From Tubiluchus corallicola (taxonomy: Eukaryota; Animalia; Priapulida): a stretch of 64,000 bases of DNA. Of the stretch, positions 1 to 11,100 are shown one piece after another (position 1 is the stretch's first letter; the number at the start of each line of letters is the position of its first letter). Where the stretch lies: positions 87,884 to 151,883 of the forward strand of contig JAQGDQ010000532.1 of NCBI GenBank assembly GCA_030141605.1, in the 5' to 3' direction. The position numbers were made by a program, and so were the translations under genes. Under the pieces are notes generated by a model that saw nothing but the letters and a program-made list of their open reading frames with translations, was not told the origin of the DNA and made no database searches.

Positions 1-984
1 GTTACACAGGTCGCCTGTATAAAACTTGGTCAAAAATCTGTTTGTTTACAATGTATGTGTTGAAATACGTGTTAATTAATAGTAAAATAGGGGTATTTCT
101 TAAAGAATATTGTTACTGATAATCAAAAGATAGCTATTCACGTCTTCTTAAAAAATGGAATAAGTTTACTTCAAGCTACGTAAATGCTGCTAAAACAGAG
201 TCTGAGGGATCCCCAATAATATCATTAGCGTAGGGGCCCCAAAAAGAGTCATTTTCCTGTCTCTGGGCGTGTAATACTCAAAACTCGTTTTTACATTGCA
301 TTATATTTGCATAAGGTAACAAAAATTAGGCATATTTATCTCAGAAAGTGTCACATGACATGTCAAAAAATCATTTTAAAATTTTGTTAAAAATTCTAAA
401 AGTGATGTCCATTTTATCATCAAATTATCATGTACATTTTACAATAGCAGAAAGAAAGTATCTGAAAGAAAGAAATAGCAGAAACAAACTATTAAATCTA
501 TAACAATGAAATTGAAAAAAAACACTAGAGGCACGAATGACAAAGAAATGTCATTTCACAGCATTATAAAATTAGATTTGATTAATCTACATTTGATTTC
601 TTTCGCACATTTATAACTAAATCAGGCATGGAAACGCAACTGAAATGCTCGGATAGATTTGTTAACTTATTGAGAATTTACCGTGCCGGAATGTCTTAAA
701 AACGAATCTATTCACGGCCGTCCTAAAGCAGCCCAACAATATGAATAACCGAAAACCAGATCCTAATTTAACAACACAGAAAAGCAGCTCTCAGAAAAAA
801 ACTAGGATGCCATTTCCTAGCAGTTGCCCCCATTTGCCTGAACACAAAACTACTGCTCCATAATAATCTAGCAATTAAGTTTTTTTTAAAAACTAAGAGG
901 ACTTCTAGCATCATGGCAGAAATCATTGCCAGACACTATGATCTTCATCACGTGCAAAATCAAATTTCAATAAGTCTCTATTAG

Positions 985-1165
985 AATGTTGTCATCGTCG
1001 TTGTCATCATCGTCATCGTCATCATCATCATGAACAACATCATCTTCATTAATCAGACCACCACCATCATTGTCATAATAAAGATCGTCACTATTATCAT
1101 AGTCATAATAATTATCATACTAATCATTATCATCATATCATCATCAACAGCAACTGCAGTAGCAG
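985..1165. repeat. (CAT)n-type degenerate trinucleotide repeat
   Basis: Directly visible; explains the Ile-rich ORF. Confidence 0.88.
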
Positions 1166-2493
1166 TAACAATAAAAAGAAATATTTTCTTGGTTTGCAGT
1201 TTTCTAGCCTGCAATCACCAGCACACAATATCCAACAAAAGAGAGCCTGTGGCACTGAGAGGACATGAATAATTTAGGCAAGCGTTTCTGCTAGCATGCA
1301 AGGCAGCAACACCACTGTGCTTTCTCCTTTACAGATCTATCACAACATGCAGAAGCTACATAACATTATTCACAATAGTTATTTACTTCCAAAGTTCCTA
1401 GCAATGGATTTAGAACTTACCAGAATAAATATTGACAAAGCCCAGTGTCACACTTGTGCCAAACAGCCATTGTCCTCAAAGTTCCAGCGACCCCAAAATT
1501 CTGTTTCACTGTGATTAACCCCAATCAGTGATTATAGGTTTTCAGAAAATTAATGATCTATTATCGATTAATTATCAGTTTCTATGCTAGTAAGCAATTT
1601 TTTGTCTAATTAATTTTTTGTAATAGGATGTTTCTGCTGCTTCTATAAAAAACAATTGAAATGTGAGATGAATGAAGTGGGTTTCTTAAAGTTTAATTTG
1701 AATAATCTGATAGTTGAATCAAGGAGCTGAACATTTTTGAGCAACACAAATAGGCACATCTTGCTTGTTTAGTATGCTCTTAGCACCTTCTGTAAAATTT
1801 CTCTCCAATCTAAGATCAAATGAACATATCGACAACACTGATCGGAAAGAAAAGAAACATACATTTTCCTGTCATATTGACAAATTTCACTATCATTGAA
1901 TTAAAGGTACAAACCAATCCAAGTTCCAATTTAATACCAATTGAAAACCCCTTTCAAAATTGCAAGACATTTCTGATTGGGAACATCCAGCGGGACATTG
2001 TAGTAAGTGCTATAGCAGAGTGACATCATCAGCAGAGGTAGCAATTTTAATTGAGTTTGAGTTCTTTTGAAATTGACCAAACAGGTCCAAAGCTAATTTT
2101 TAAGCAAAAGCAGCCCTTGACAAAGAAGTTGCAAAATGCAATTAATGGCACATGATAACACAATAGGCAGTGATACTGTGTACAGTAAAAGAACGCCAGA
2201 TGACTGAAGTGTACGGAACAGAATACATCAAAGCATACTGACACGGCTGCGCTTAGGCGTTCCATAGCTCTATTAATATGCAGGAAACTACCATTACATA
2301 TACAACGTATAAAAGTTGGATATATCAAACCCTACCATCACAATCTCACTCGGGCATTTCATAGCTTCATTAACATGTTGCAAACTACCAACAAAAGCAG
2401 TACATTTTTATTCTTCAACAGTCTTCGTAGGCGCGGGGCTTGGCCATTTCTTCGATACATTATAGGTGCCAGCATTTTGTTTGAAGAACTTAC

Positions 2494-2738
2494 CGTTTTC
2501 GTCCTATCCACCAGCACTCAGAATCCGTAGCCAGGAACCAGCAAGACATGAACGAATCGTATAATCGACAGATCCGATAATGGAGATAATCCTGGATAAC
2601 CGCTGTAGATATCATATTACTTCCAGAGAGACAATGAGAAAGAGTTGTGGTGCTAATTAACACGATGATTAAAATTAAGTAGCTTTTCAGTGTCAGAGTT
2701 TGAAAAACATCGTCCCACAAAAACTTTATAAACCTCAT
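2494..2738 (-). CDS. Possible coding exon with an N-terminal hydrophobic segment (YLILIIVLISTTTLSHCLS)
   Basis: ORF preceded by acceptor tttgttatag| and ending exactly at donor CG|GTAAGT; no homology recognised and no confident link to neighbouring exons. Confidence 0.25.
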
Positions 2739-4783
2739 TCAGCGCACTATGACTATAACAAAAACGTCATCAAAGAATTTCCTGAGTTAGAATGGAAGAT
2801 TTTTCGCAGCACTGCTTACTAAAAGCTGCTTATTTGTGAAGTGTTTCACATGCCTTGCATGAAATTCATTTTATCATATCAACAAACACATTGCTACTTA
2901 TAAGACTCGTTTTAACTGATATGACTGATCTTTTTAAAAATATTAGCAAAAGTAAGTCTAAAGTCCAAGTAGTTCAATGGTAACAGTTGCTTATTAACAA
3001 AAGTAAGTCAAATGTCCAAGTAGTTCAATGGTATCAGTTGGCAAACTATAAAATCTTACTGTCAACTAAACCGTTCCAAGTGACAGTTGCCACCTGTGAA
3101 GGTAATCAAAACAACCTTAACAAGGATGAATAAGAAATATAATTATGCACAACTGCAACAGCTTCTTGATTATGAGTCATCATGAGTCTGACAGCATATG
3201 CCCCAGACCTCTTCACTCCAGTGCTATAGCAATTATGGAGAAGCAGAAAGGAAAACTCAGCAACCTAATTAAAAAACGGCAAAGAAAAAAACCATTTACC
3301 AATCTGACTCATTCATTCATCACCTCTGTATGTTGAAAAAGTTGAAAAAATGGATATTTTTAACTGATATCCATGACTTCAATGACAGAGAATTTTATAC
3401 AGTTTCTATATAAGGTTAATTCATGTAGATAAATAAATAAATAAAATAAAAAGTAATTCTGAGCAGTGTCTTGCACTCCGTAATGCTCGTTTGCATTTAC
3501 GGCAATAACTGTCTTTTTTAGGTTTCTAAAACTCAGTCAAGCTAGAAAAATAGCCGAATAATTAATAACTGTTTTTGTAATAACCATCTTAGTTTAACAA
3601 TAACTCCAGACAGTGCGCCATTAAGTGCATCCCAATCAAACTGTGTAAATTTCATAACTGAAATGTCAACAAATCCAAAGGTTTTGTGCTGCAAATTCTA
3701 ATTTTAATAAATCATCGCTGTTATTGAAGTAGAATGCACAACACATCAGAACAAAGCTAAGGCTTTTTTGCCAGTTCAGTTTCTTATTTTAGTGGCTTTT
3801 GCATGATAAGGAACTAGGCTCTGTTCACAACCAAACTACCCTGCTCATTTAGTGAAGGGTACCAGCTTGCAGAGTATCAAAATCTATAAAAAAACATTGT
3901 TACCACCATCCCTCTGTAACACGCTGATTACTAGAAAAACCAAAAAATTAGATCACGAAGTTCTGCAACTCGATTTAACCATTTTATTGACTGTAGTGAT
4001 TTTATTCATTTCAGATAAACAAAATAAAAGAAGAAAATCCAACTAATTTAAGCTTCATGAACAAAATTATATTAACACCAAGCCTTTAAAATTGTAATGC
4101 TAGAGCAGCCCAGACACTGTTTTGTTCATACTAATGTACTGAACGACAACAACTTTCTTAAAGTACAAACAATATAAACAGTTTAAATTAATGTTGTGAC
4201 TACGTCATGCATCAACCAAATTTTGACTATTCTTTCAGTTACTGCCACTGCACCTAGTTCGATTGCAAACTAAATTTGTCACAAAATACATAAACTTTAT
4301 CGGCAAGATGACGATATAAATCTTTCAATCTTGCAAGTTTTTTGTACAACCTATCAGCATAAACTCATCTCGAATAAAACCGGTATAGGTTATTCAGAAT
4401 GATGAGTCATCTAACGATTGGTTAAAGTCTTGCATTTTATGGATACACACTCACACTATGACTTTTGAGAAATACTACATTGGCTTACGATTTAGTTAGT
4501 TTTCTGCAATTGCACATACACTGCCGTGATTGTATGAATGTATGCATGAATCCCAAACGAGAGAATACACTTTATGAATGAACCAATACCGAAGTGTGTT
4601 ACGTGTGCATACATAGTGTACTATACCACCCCAAATATTAAATCGTGACAGGCTCTTAAACTTAGACTACTCATGAATGCCAGGGGATTCGGACTGTCAA
4701 ATGACCCTGGTGACTGGTCAAATAGCACAATAGCCAGCCAGTTTGTACAACAATTTAATAGTTTGTCTTAAAATTAGACTCAC

Positions 4784-5124
4784 CGCTCTTCTGAAGTACT
4801 AGTTACACTATCGTCCCTGCTATCAGTACTTGCAGTTGTTGTCGTTGATTGACTTTGGCGAGCGGCTTTATGATTTTCTTCTTTTGGTGGTACGGCAAAG
4901 GTTGCTGCAGCTGACGGTATTCCAGAGGAAATCGACGATTTTTTGTTTTCGTGTTGCTTTATTCGATGTTTCGCGTGCTTTGTTCGTTTTTTCCTAGCTT
5001 GTATAGCTAAAACTAAAAAGCAAAACGGTTGAGTCAACTGAACAACAAGCTCTAATACTTTGGTTTTTCTATTAAAGTCATAATTTCTATAAAATTTACC
5101 TTTTCTTTGCCCTTTTGAACTCAT
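4784..5124 (-). CDS. Putative first coding exons of an unidentified gene (MSSKGQRKA-IQARKKRTKHAKHRIKQ...TSTSEER), basic then Ser/Thr-rich
   Basis: complement join(5100-5124,4784-5006): aaaATG, donor AAG|GTAAAT, acceptor gttttag|, donor CG|GTGAGT; phases match. No domain recognised and the downstream exon was not identified. Confidence 0.45.
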
Positions 5125-5391
5125 TTTGGTACAGCATCCATGGATTTAGCCATATGTCACGCATGCGCTCTGCGTAAGGAATGTCTTCACTTCCGTCCCA
5201 AAATGCTCCGTACAAAATCGAACACTAGATTCACTCAGCTCAAAACATTTCCATAATCGAACGCAAAACAATCATAACAGGCACAAGCAAAAAATTTTAA
5301 CACAAAACTAGAGTTGTTCGTTAACTTCTACACTAGACAACGAAATTACTAACGTAGTCTAAAATTATTTAAGGAAACATACCTTAAATTG

Positions 5392-5575
5392 TTTTCTTTC
5401 TTTTCTCTTTCCCTCTACCAGTCCCCACTCCCTCGCTTCTCGCTCTTTCTTATCTCTACATCTACATTCTGTTTCTCTTTCTCTCTCTCTCTCGCTCTCT
5501 CTCTTTCTTTGTCTATATTTCTCACTCTTTCTATCTGCCTCTCTTTCTCTCTCTTCTATCTTTCTTTTAATTCTT
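5392..5575. repeat. (CT)n-rich tract
   Basis: Directly visible. Confidence 0.88.
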
Positions 5576-7147
5576 GACAGTTTTATTTTACATACTTTTC
5601 TTTTATTTCTATTTTTCTGTCTTTTCCAAGGTTCTTGATTTGCGTTTTGTTATGCAATTGGTTTGTAGCAATTACCTAATTCGTGACCAATTTTCCTCTT
5701 TGGCCCTAGACAAAGCAGGACAGCACGGATGTTGGGACACAATCTTTAATTAACTATAGGCAACAGCCGAAATTAGACGTATGTGATTCCAAACAGAGGC
5801 CATGATATACTGAAACAAATATAACGTATTTATGATATTGATTGCTACTGAAGAATTTTGTTTAGGAACTGGCTATAGGGGTAAGTATTCTTTAACGAAA
5901 ATAAATTTGATTGAAAACGAATTTGTGATTTTCGAACTCGAATCACAGCGGATTTCAGCATTTTTGAATCCGAATCGAATCTAATTCCATTTAAAAGTTT
6001 TCGAACCCATTAATAAAAAGCAATCTCATAAGGACCATCCATATATGTTACTTGGTTTGTTCTGCAATAAAAAATTAATAATTTTTTTAAAAATTGCACA
6101 CTGAAATCACAGCTAACTCGTGCTGTTTACATGAAGTTTCAAGCGTTCTAATGAAGACCATTATTTTTTACGTAGCTACATGAAGTGCTTGAATTATTCA
6201 CATCTATAGTTTTACCTTTAATCGAATTCGAACTAAAAACACTTTCAATGCTAATTAGAATATTAGTATATTTGATTCGAACGTTTTAACCTGAACTTTG
6301 GTGGTCCCTACTGGCTGTATTCTAAGCAAAGCAGGTATTAAATAATTTAATTTACAACAGTTCAGTTTTAAAGTGTAACTGTAACAATTGATACAAAACA
6401 ATTGCTAATACATTTAATTTCCTACAAGTTTTGAACAATCGGAAAGTATAAAACAGCAAAGTGGAAAACTAACCTGGGAATTTAAACTACATATGGCTTT
6501 AAATTTTAACAGACCGTTGCATGAGAGCAAGAACTTGCATATATATACATCCAAGCTTATTCTGAGATAATAAGGAACGAAAAATTGAAGGTGTCTTGTA
6601 AATGAGACCAGTTTTCCTAAGTTTTTTAACTCTGTAGTTTTTATGTAAGTCATATTCAAGCTTTCATTTTACAATTGTGAAAACTTTTGACAACTTGCCA
6701 ATTTTATGTTTGTGCTATACTGTATACAATAGCCCTTTTGCTAACTAGTATGTATTAAAACTTTGATTGCAGATCCCTCTCTTTCTTAGGATCTCTTGCC
6801 TCGTTATTAATTTTGGTATATTGATACACACAGTTTCACAAATATATTTAGAGGTCTTGTTCAAAGTTGTAACAACATGTGTACAGCAAGCCACGAGCGA
6901 GCAATGAACATGGAAGTGGTTAATTGTTGTAGTTTAAATAAAAATATTCTGCATTCAGGGTAGATACCATTCAGGGTAGAAACCATGAATTTTACTACAG
7001 AGATAGTTAAAATGGAAATAGTAACAATGACATCTTTATAATTGCACTGCTACCTGTGAAATTGTACATTATGTTATGTCTATACCCCTACTGCCTGATA
7101 GTCTTAACAACTTTGTTTTTTTTATTACTTTTTTCTGCTAGGTAGGC

Positions 7148-7320
7148 ATATTTATGTGTATATGTATGTGTGTATGTATGTGTATATATGAGCATATATA
7201 TATATATGTGTGTGTGTGTGTATGTATATGCGCATAAATAAGCGCATGGGTATCCAATTGGATATATAATATATGTACGCGTATCTATGTGTATATATGT
7301 ATGTATAAATATATTTATGT
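7148..7320. repeat. (TA/TG)n microsatellite
   Basis: Directly visible. Confidence 0.9.
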
Positions 7321-7423
7321 AGCCATTAGTACTATTCATTAATCTATTCACCATTCACTATTCTGAAAATCTTCATCAAGATACTTGCGCATATGACTAA
7401 TTAATAATAGTAACATTACTTAC

Positions 7424-7552
7424 AGGGTGGTTGACTTTGGTAACTTTTAGTTTTTCGCCACCCTTTTACCAATCACTTGAACAGCATTGACTCATAATTT
7501 ATCGTACCATGCATTGTGTTTGTCTTGTAAAAAAAGGTGATAAATAAAGATA

Positions 7553-7582
<30 letters not shown>
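7424..7582 (+). mobile_element. 3' end of a non-LTR retroelement with a (TTAC)n tail (copy 1)
   Basis: gtggttgactttggtaacttttagtttttcgccacccttt is shared with 62437-62622; both end aaataaagata...(ttac)n. Confidence 0.72.
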
Positions 7583-7583
<1 letters not shown>

Positions 7584-7859
7584 CAGGGAAAGTATACCAG
7601 CAGATAAAATCGCAAAAAATAATAATTTCTTATGATTGTTGTAGGTACAATTCTTCTGCACTGAGCATAAATATATTGTCACTGTGACAGATACAATGTT
7701 TTTGCACTGAACATTCTATGCAATGTGCAGTGACAAGAGTGTGGAAAAAATTGGAAATGTAACTTATGACTGTTAAAATTAAACGCTATTCACTAAGATA
7801 TTATCACGACTTACAGACGCAATTTTTTTTTACGAAAACTGCCGTTATAAGTAACTCAT

Positions 7860-7995
7860 TTTTGAAAAATTTGTAACTTTCGGGCTAGCTTCGCGTGATC
7901 GGCGTCGCAGCAAAATCAGGAAACTACAAGTTCGTTTTATTTTTCGCTAGTCAAAATTAAACATGGCAGCTCTCATAGGAAAACGTGCTAAATAG
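7860..7995 (+). promoter_or_regulatory. Promoter/5' leader of the QOR-like gene with a 10-codon upstream ORF (7963-7995)
   Basis: CpG cluster at 7880-7910; aaacATGGcagc is both a strong start context and YY1-like; MAALIGKRAK*. Confidence 0.4.
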
Positions 7996-8059
7996 GATGA
8001 TTACATTGGTTGTCTTGAATCTGGAGTCGTAATTAACAAGACGCACAGATACCTTCATT

Positions 8060-8136
8060 ATGTTGTGTTCGCTTAATCGAACTTTCTGCATAACTAAAGT
8101 AATTGCTAATTTTTCGAACGTACCAGCTATTATAAG
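8060..8136 (+). CDS. CRYZL2: QOR-like exon 1 (MLCSLNRTFCITKVIANFSNVPAIIR), resembling a mitochondrial presequence
   Basis: First ATG after an in-frame TAA; donor AG|GTAAAT; phase 2 matches exon 2; no acidic residues. Confidence 0.7.
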
Positions 8137-11100
8137 GTAAATTGTACCAGTTGTTGTCCTCTTTCGTGGCCTATGGCTAATCTTGTTTTGTCTGCTGAGA
8201 CGTGTAGCTTTACGTATTAGCCTAATTATGTTAACGTCTTATCTTTATTTATATTTTGTCAAAAAGAAGTTAGTCCTTAAGGACATTGTATCAAAGAGCG
8301 TATCTCGGGGGTAGTTCGCTTGCTAATTTGAAGACGAAAGTTAATTCGGCAGTTGGCAGTTATTATGTGATAAATTTCAATGTTATTATATTCCTATTAG
8401 GTTGCCAAATGTCAACACGTTGAGAAGCTTCACCGCAGCAGTATGTACAAAACTAAAAGAACCGTTAGTAATACAAGATATGCCACAACAGAAACACTTG
8501 AAGCAAGGAGAGGTATTCCATCAAAAATTTCATTTCTGATGTTGCTGCTAGCATCTCTATAATAATGTATGTTTTCGTACAAAGATAAAAAATATATATT
8601 TACTTCATGGTGAGCTTTTTCTAATGCTGTATTACATTACGACGTTAATAGGATGTTAATAACATAATTGCAACTAGACGCAACCAACTAGTTTTTACTT
8701 TAAATGTAGGTCTGCTATTGGCATGTTTTTGTCCAACAAAGGCATGCAAAGTTGTAGGAGTTTAAACGTTTATATTTATTCACAAAACCAAAGGTAGCAA
8801 TGGGAAATGGGTATTTTCAAATTATTTAAATGTCATGTACCATTTTATATGACAAAAACATTGATAGTACTTGATAGTAAAATAAAGTTGCCAGTTTCTT
8901 TTTCACTGGGCTAATGCATGCCTACAACTGCCGGGAAGTTTACGAAATTTTGCAGTTGCTCTAATGACATGCCAGTGAGTCCCTAGGGATCCATCTAGAC
9001 CAGTTTAGAGCCAACAAGTACAGACCAGTGGAGTACTCCAAACAACCGCACTGCTAAAGTCACTTGTCCCTGTATCCTGCGGAAATAATTGGTCATTTTT
9101 CATAATTTGAACTGTAAGTTCATTTTCTGTGAATTTAGCTTTAAAGGAAGAATCAACCCTCGAACAACATTTATCGCATTTTAATGTACAATTAAAAATA
9201 TTGAAATCACAATATGAAATATGCGCATAAAATGCTTTGCTTAAAAATGTAAAAGAGGTTTAAATATTTCTTATCTCCCGCCAAACGAACATTGATGCCA
9301 GCATATTTCAAAAAAATGACGTAAGCTAGTGTCTGCCGAGCAGCATGAATGTCATGAAGGCAAGCTGTATGAAGTTACACGTTGCTACACGTTGCAACAT
9401 TTCAACAGTTTGCTTAGAAATTCCATTATTCTAATGTTGTGTTTATCTAGAAATTAATCATTCGATCAATTATGATCAAATTTAAAGTGGTTACGTTGTT
9501 TTAATCTACACCTTAAAATTTGTAGGTAATTAATATTAAGAGTCATTCCGCGAGAAAACCATGCAAAAGTCAAAAAATAGTGGAAGGTGACAAATCACCG
9601 ATTTTGTTCATATTCACAGGGTTGGATGATCCCCTCAGATGTACCCCACAGCCAAAATATTAGATATCAAAAATGAGCCGTTTCGGAGATAGGCCGCCAT
9701 TTTGATTTTTTTCGGATTTTGGCCATTTTGACGTAAAAAAATGACCTATATTTGTCACATCATTACAGGCAGTAAATGAATGATCCAGGACTAGTTGCTC
9801 TGTGGTATATATAGTAGGGGTCTTGCCCTATTGCCACATTGAGTTTGATGAATTGAGATTCTCTTTCAGTAGGTATCATGAGCTCATGAAAGATGCGTGT
9901 CTGCTACAGTCTGAATGACACCTTGTTTTAAAATTCTCATAACTCCACTGGGGCGGGTATTTGAAGTATAATTAATATATGTTTATTTACAGCTTGACCA
10001 GGCATACTTAGATCATTAATAAAATTTTGGCCAGCTCGTCCATAAATTGACGAGATTCGATCTTGAATGTGACATAAATCGGAAAAAAATTAGTACGAAT
10101 TATTAATAATTCTGAATAAAAAATGAAAATTTCAAAAAGAAACGATAAATTACAGTTTCTGTCTCTCTCTGTCTCTGTCTGTCTCTCTCTCTGTGTCTCT
10201 GTGTCTCTCTCTGTCTCTCTCTCTGTCTCTGTCTCTCTGTGTCTCTGTGTCTCTCTCTGTCTCTCTCTCTGTCTCTGTCTCTGTCTGTCTCTGTCTCTCT
10301 GTGTCTCTCTCTGTGTCACTCTCTGTCTCTTGTCTGTCTCTCTGTCTCTGTGTGTCCCTCTCTGTGTCTCTCTCTGTCTCTCTGTGTCTCTCTCTGTCTC
10401 TCTGTGTATCTCTGTGCCTCTCTCTGTCTCTCTGTGTCTCTCTCCGTCGCTTTCTGTCTCTTTGTGTCTCTGTCTGTCTCTCTGTGTCTCTCTCTGTCTC
10501 TCTGTGTTTCTCTCTCTGTCTCTGTCTCTCTCTGTCACTCTGTGTCTCTCTATGTCTCTTTTTATGTCTCTGTCTGTCTCTCTGTGTCTCTCTGTCTCTC
10601 TCTGTCTCTCTCTGTCTCTCTCTCTGTCTCTCTGTGTCTCTCTTTGTCTCTCTGTGTCTCTCTCTGTCTCTCTCTCTCTCTCTGTCTCTCTCTGTGTCTC
10701 TCTGTGTCTCTCTCTGTCTCTCTCTGTGTCTCTCTCTGTCTCTCTGTGTCTCTCTCCGTCTCTCTGTGCCTCTCTCTGTCTCTTTCTGTCTCTCTGTGTC
10801 TCTTTGTGTCTCTGTCTGTCTCTCTCTCTCTCTGTTTCTGTCTCTCTCTGTGTCTCTTTCTCTGTCTCTGTCTCTCTCTGTGTGTCTCTCTGTTTCTGTG
10901 TGTCTCTCTTTCTGTCTCTCTGTGTCTCCATCTGCCTCTCTGTGTGTCTCTCTCTCTCTGTGTCTCTCTCTGTCTCTGTGTGTCTCTCTCTCTATCTCTA
11001 TGTGTCTCTCTCTGTCTCTCTGTGACTCTCTCTGTCTCTCTGTGACTCTCTCTCTCTCTGTCTCTCTGTGTCTCTCTCTGTCTCTTTTGATAAGGAGGTT

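Noticed and set aside
2405-2602. Stop-codon readthrough or selenocysteine in alternative frames (GG*DENGKFF..., GYGF*VLVD...)
   Set aside because: No recognisable family, no SECIS or readthrough context; the third frame is open to a consensus donor.
9141-9160. TTAA|AGGAAGAATCAACCCT, a Kolobok-like left end flanking the Sola3-type element
   Set aside because: No matching right terminal repeat found.
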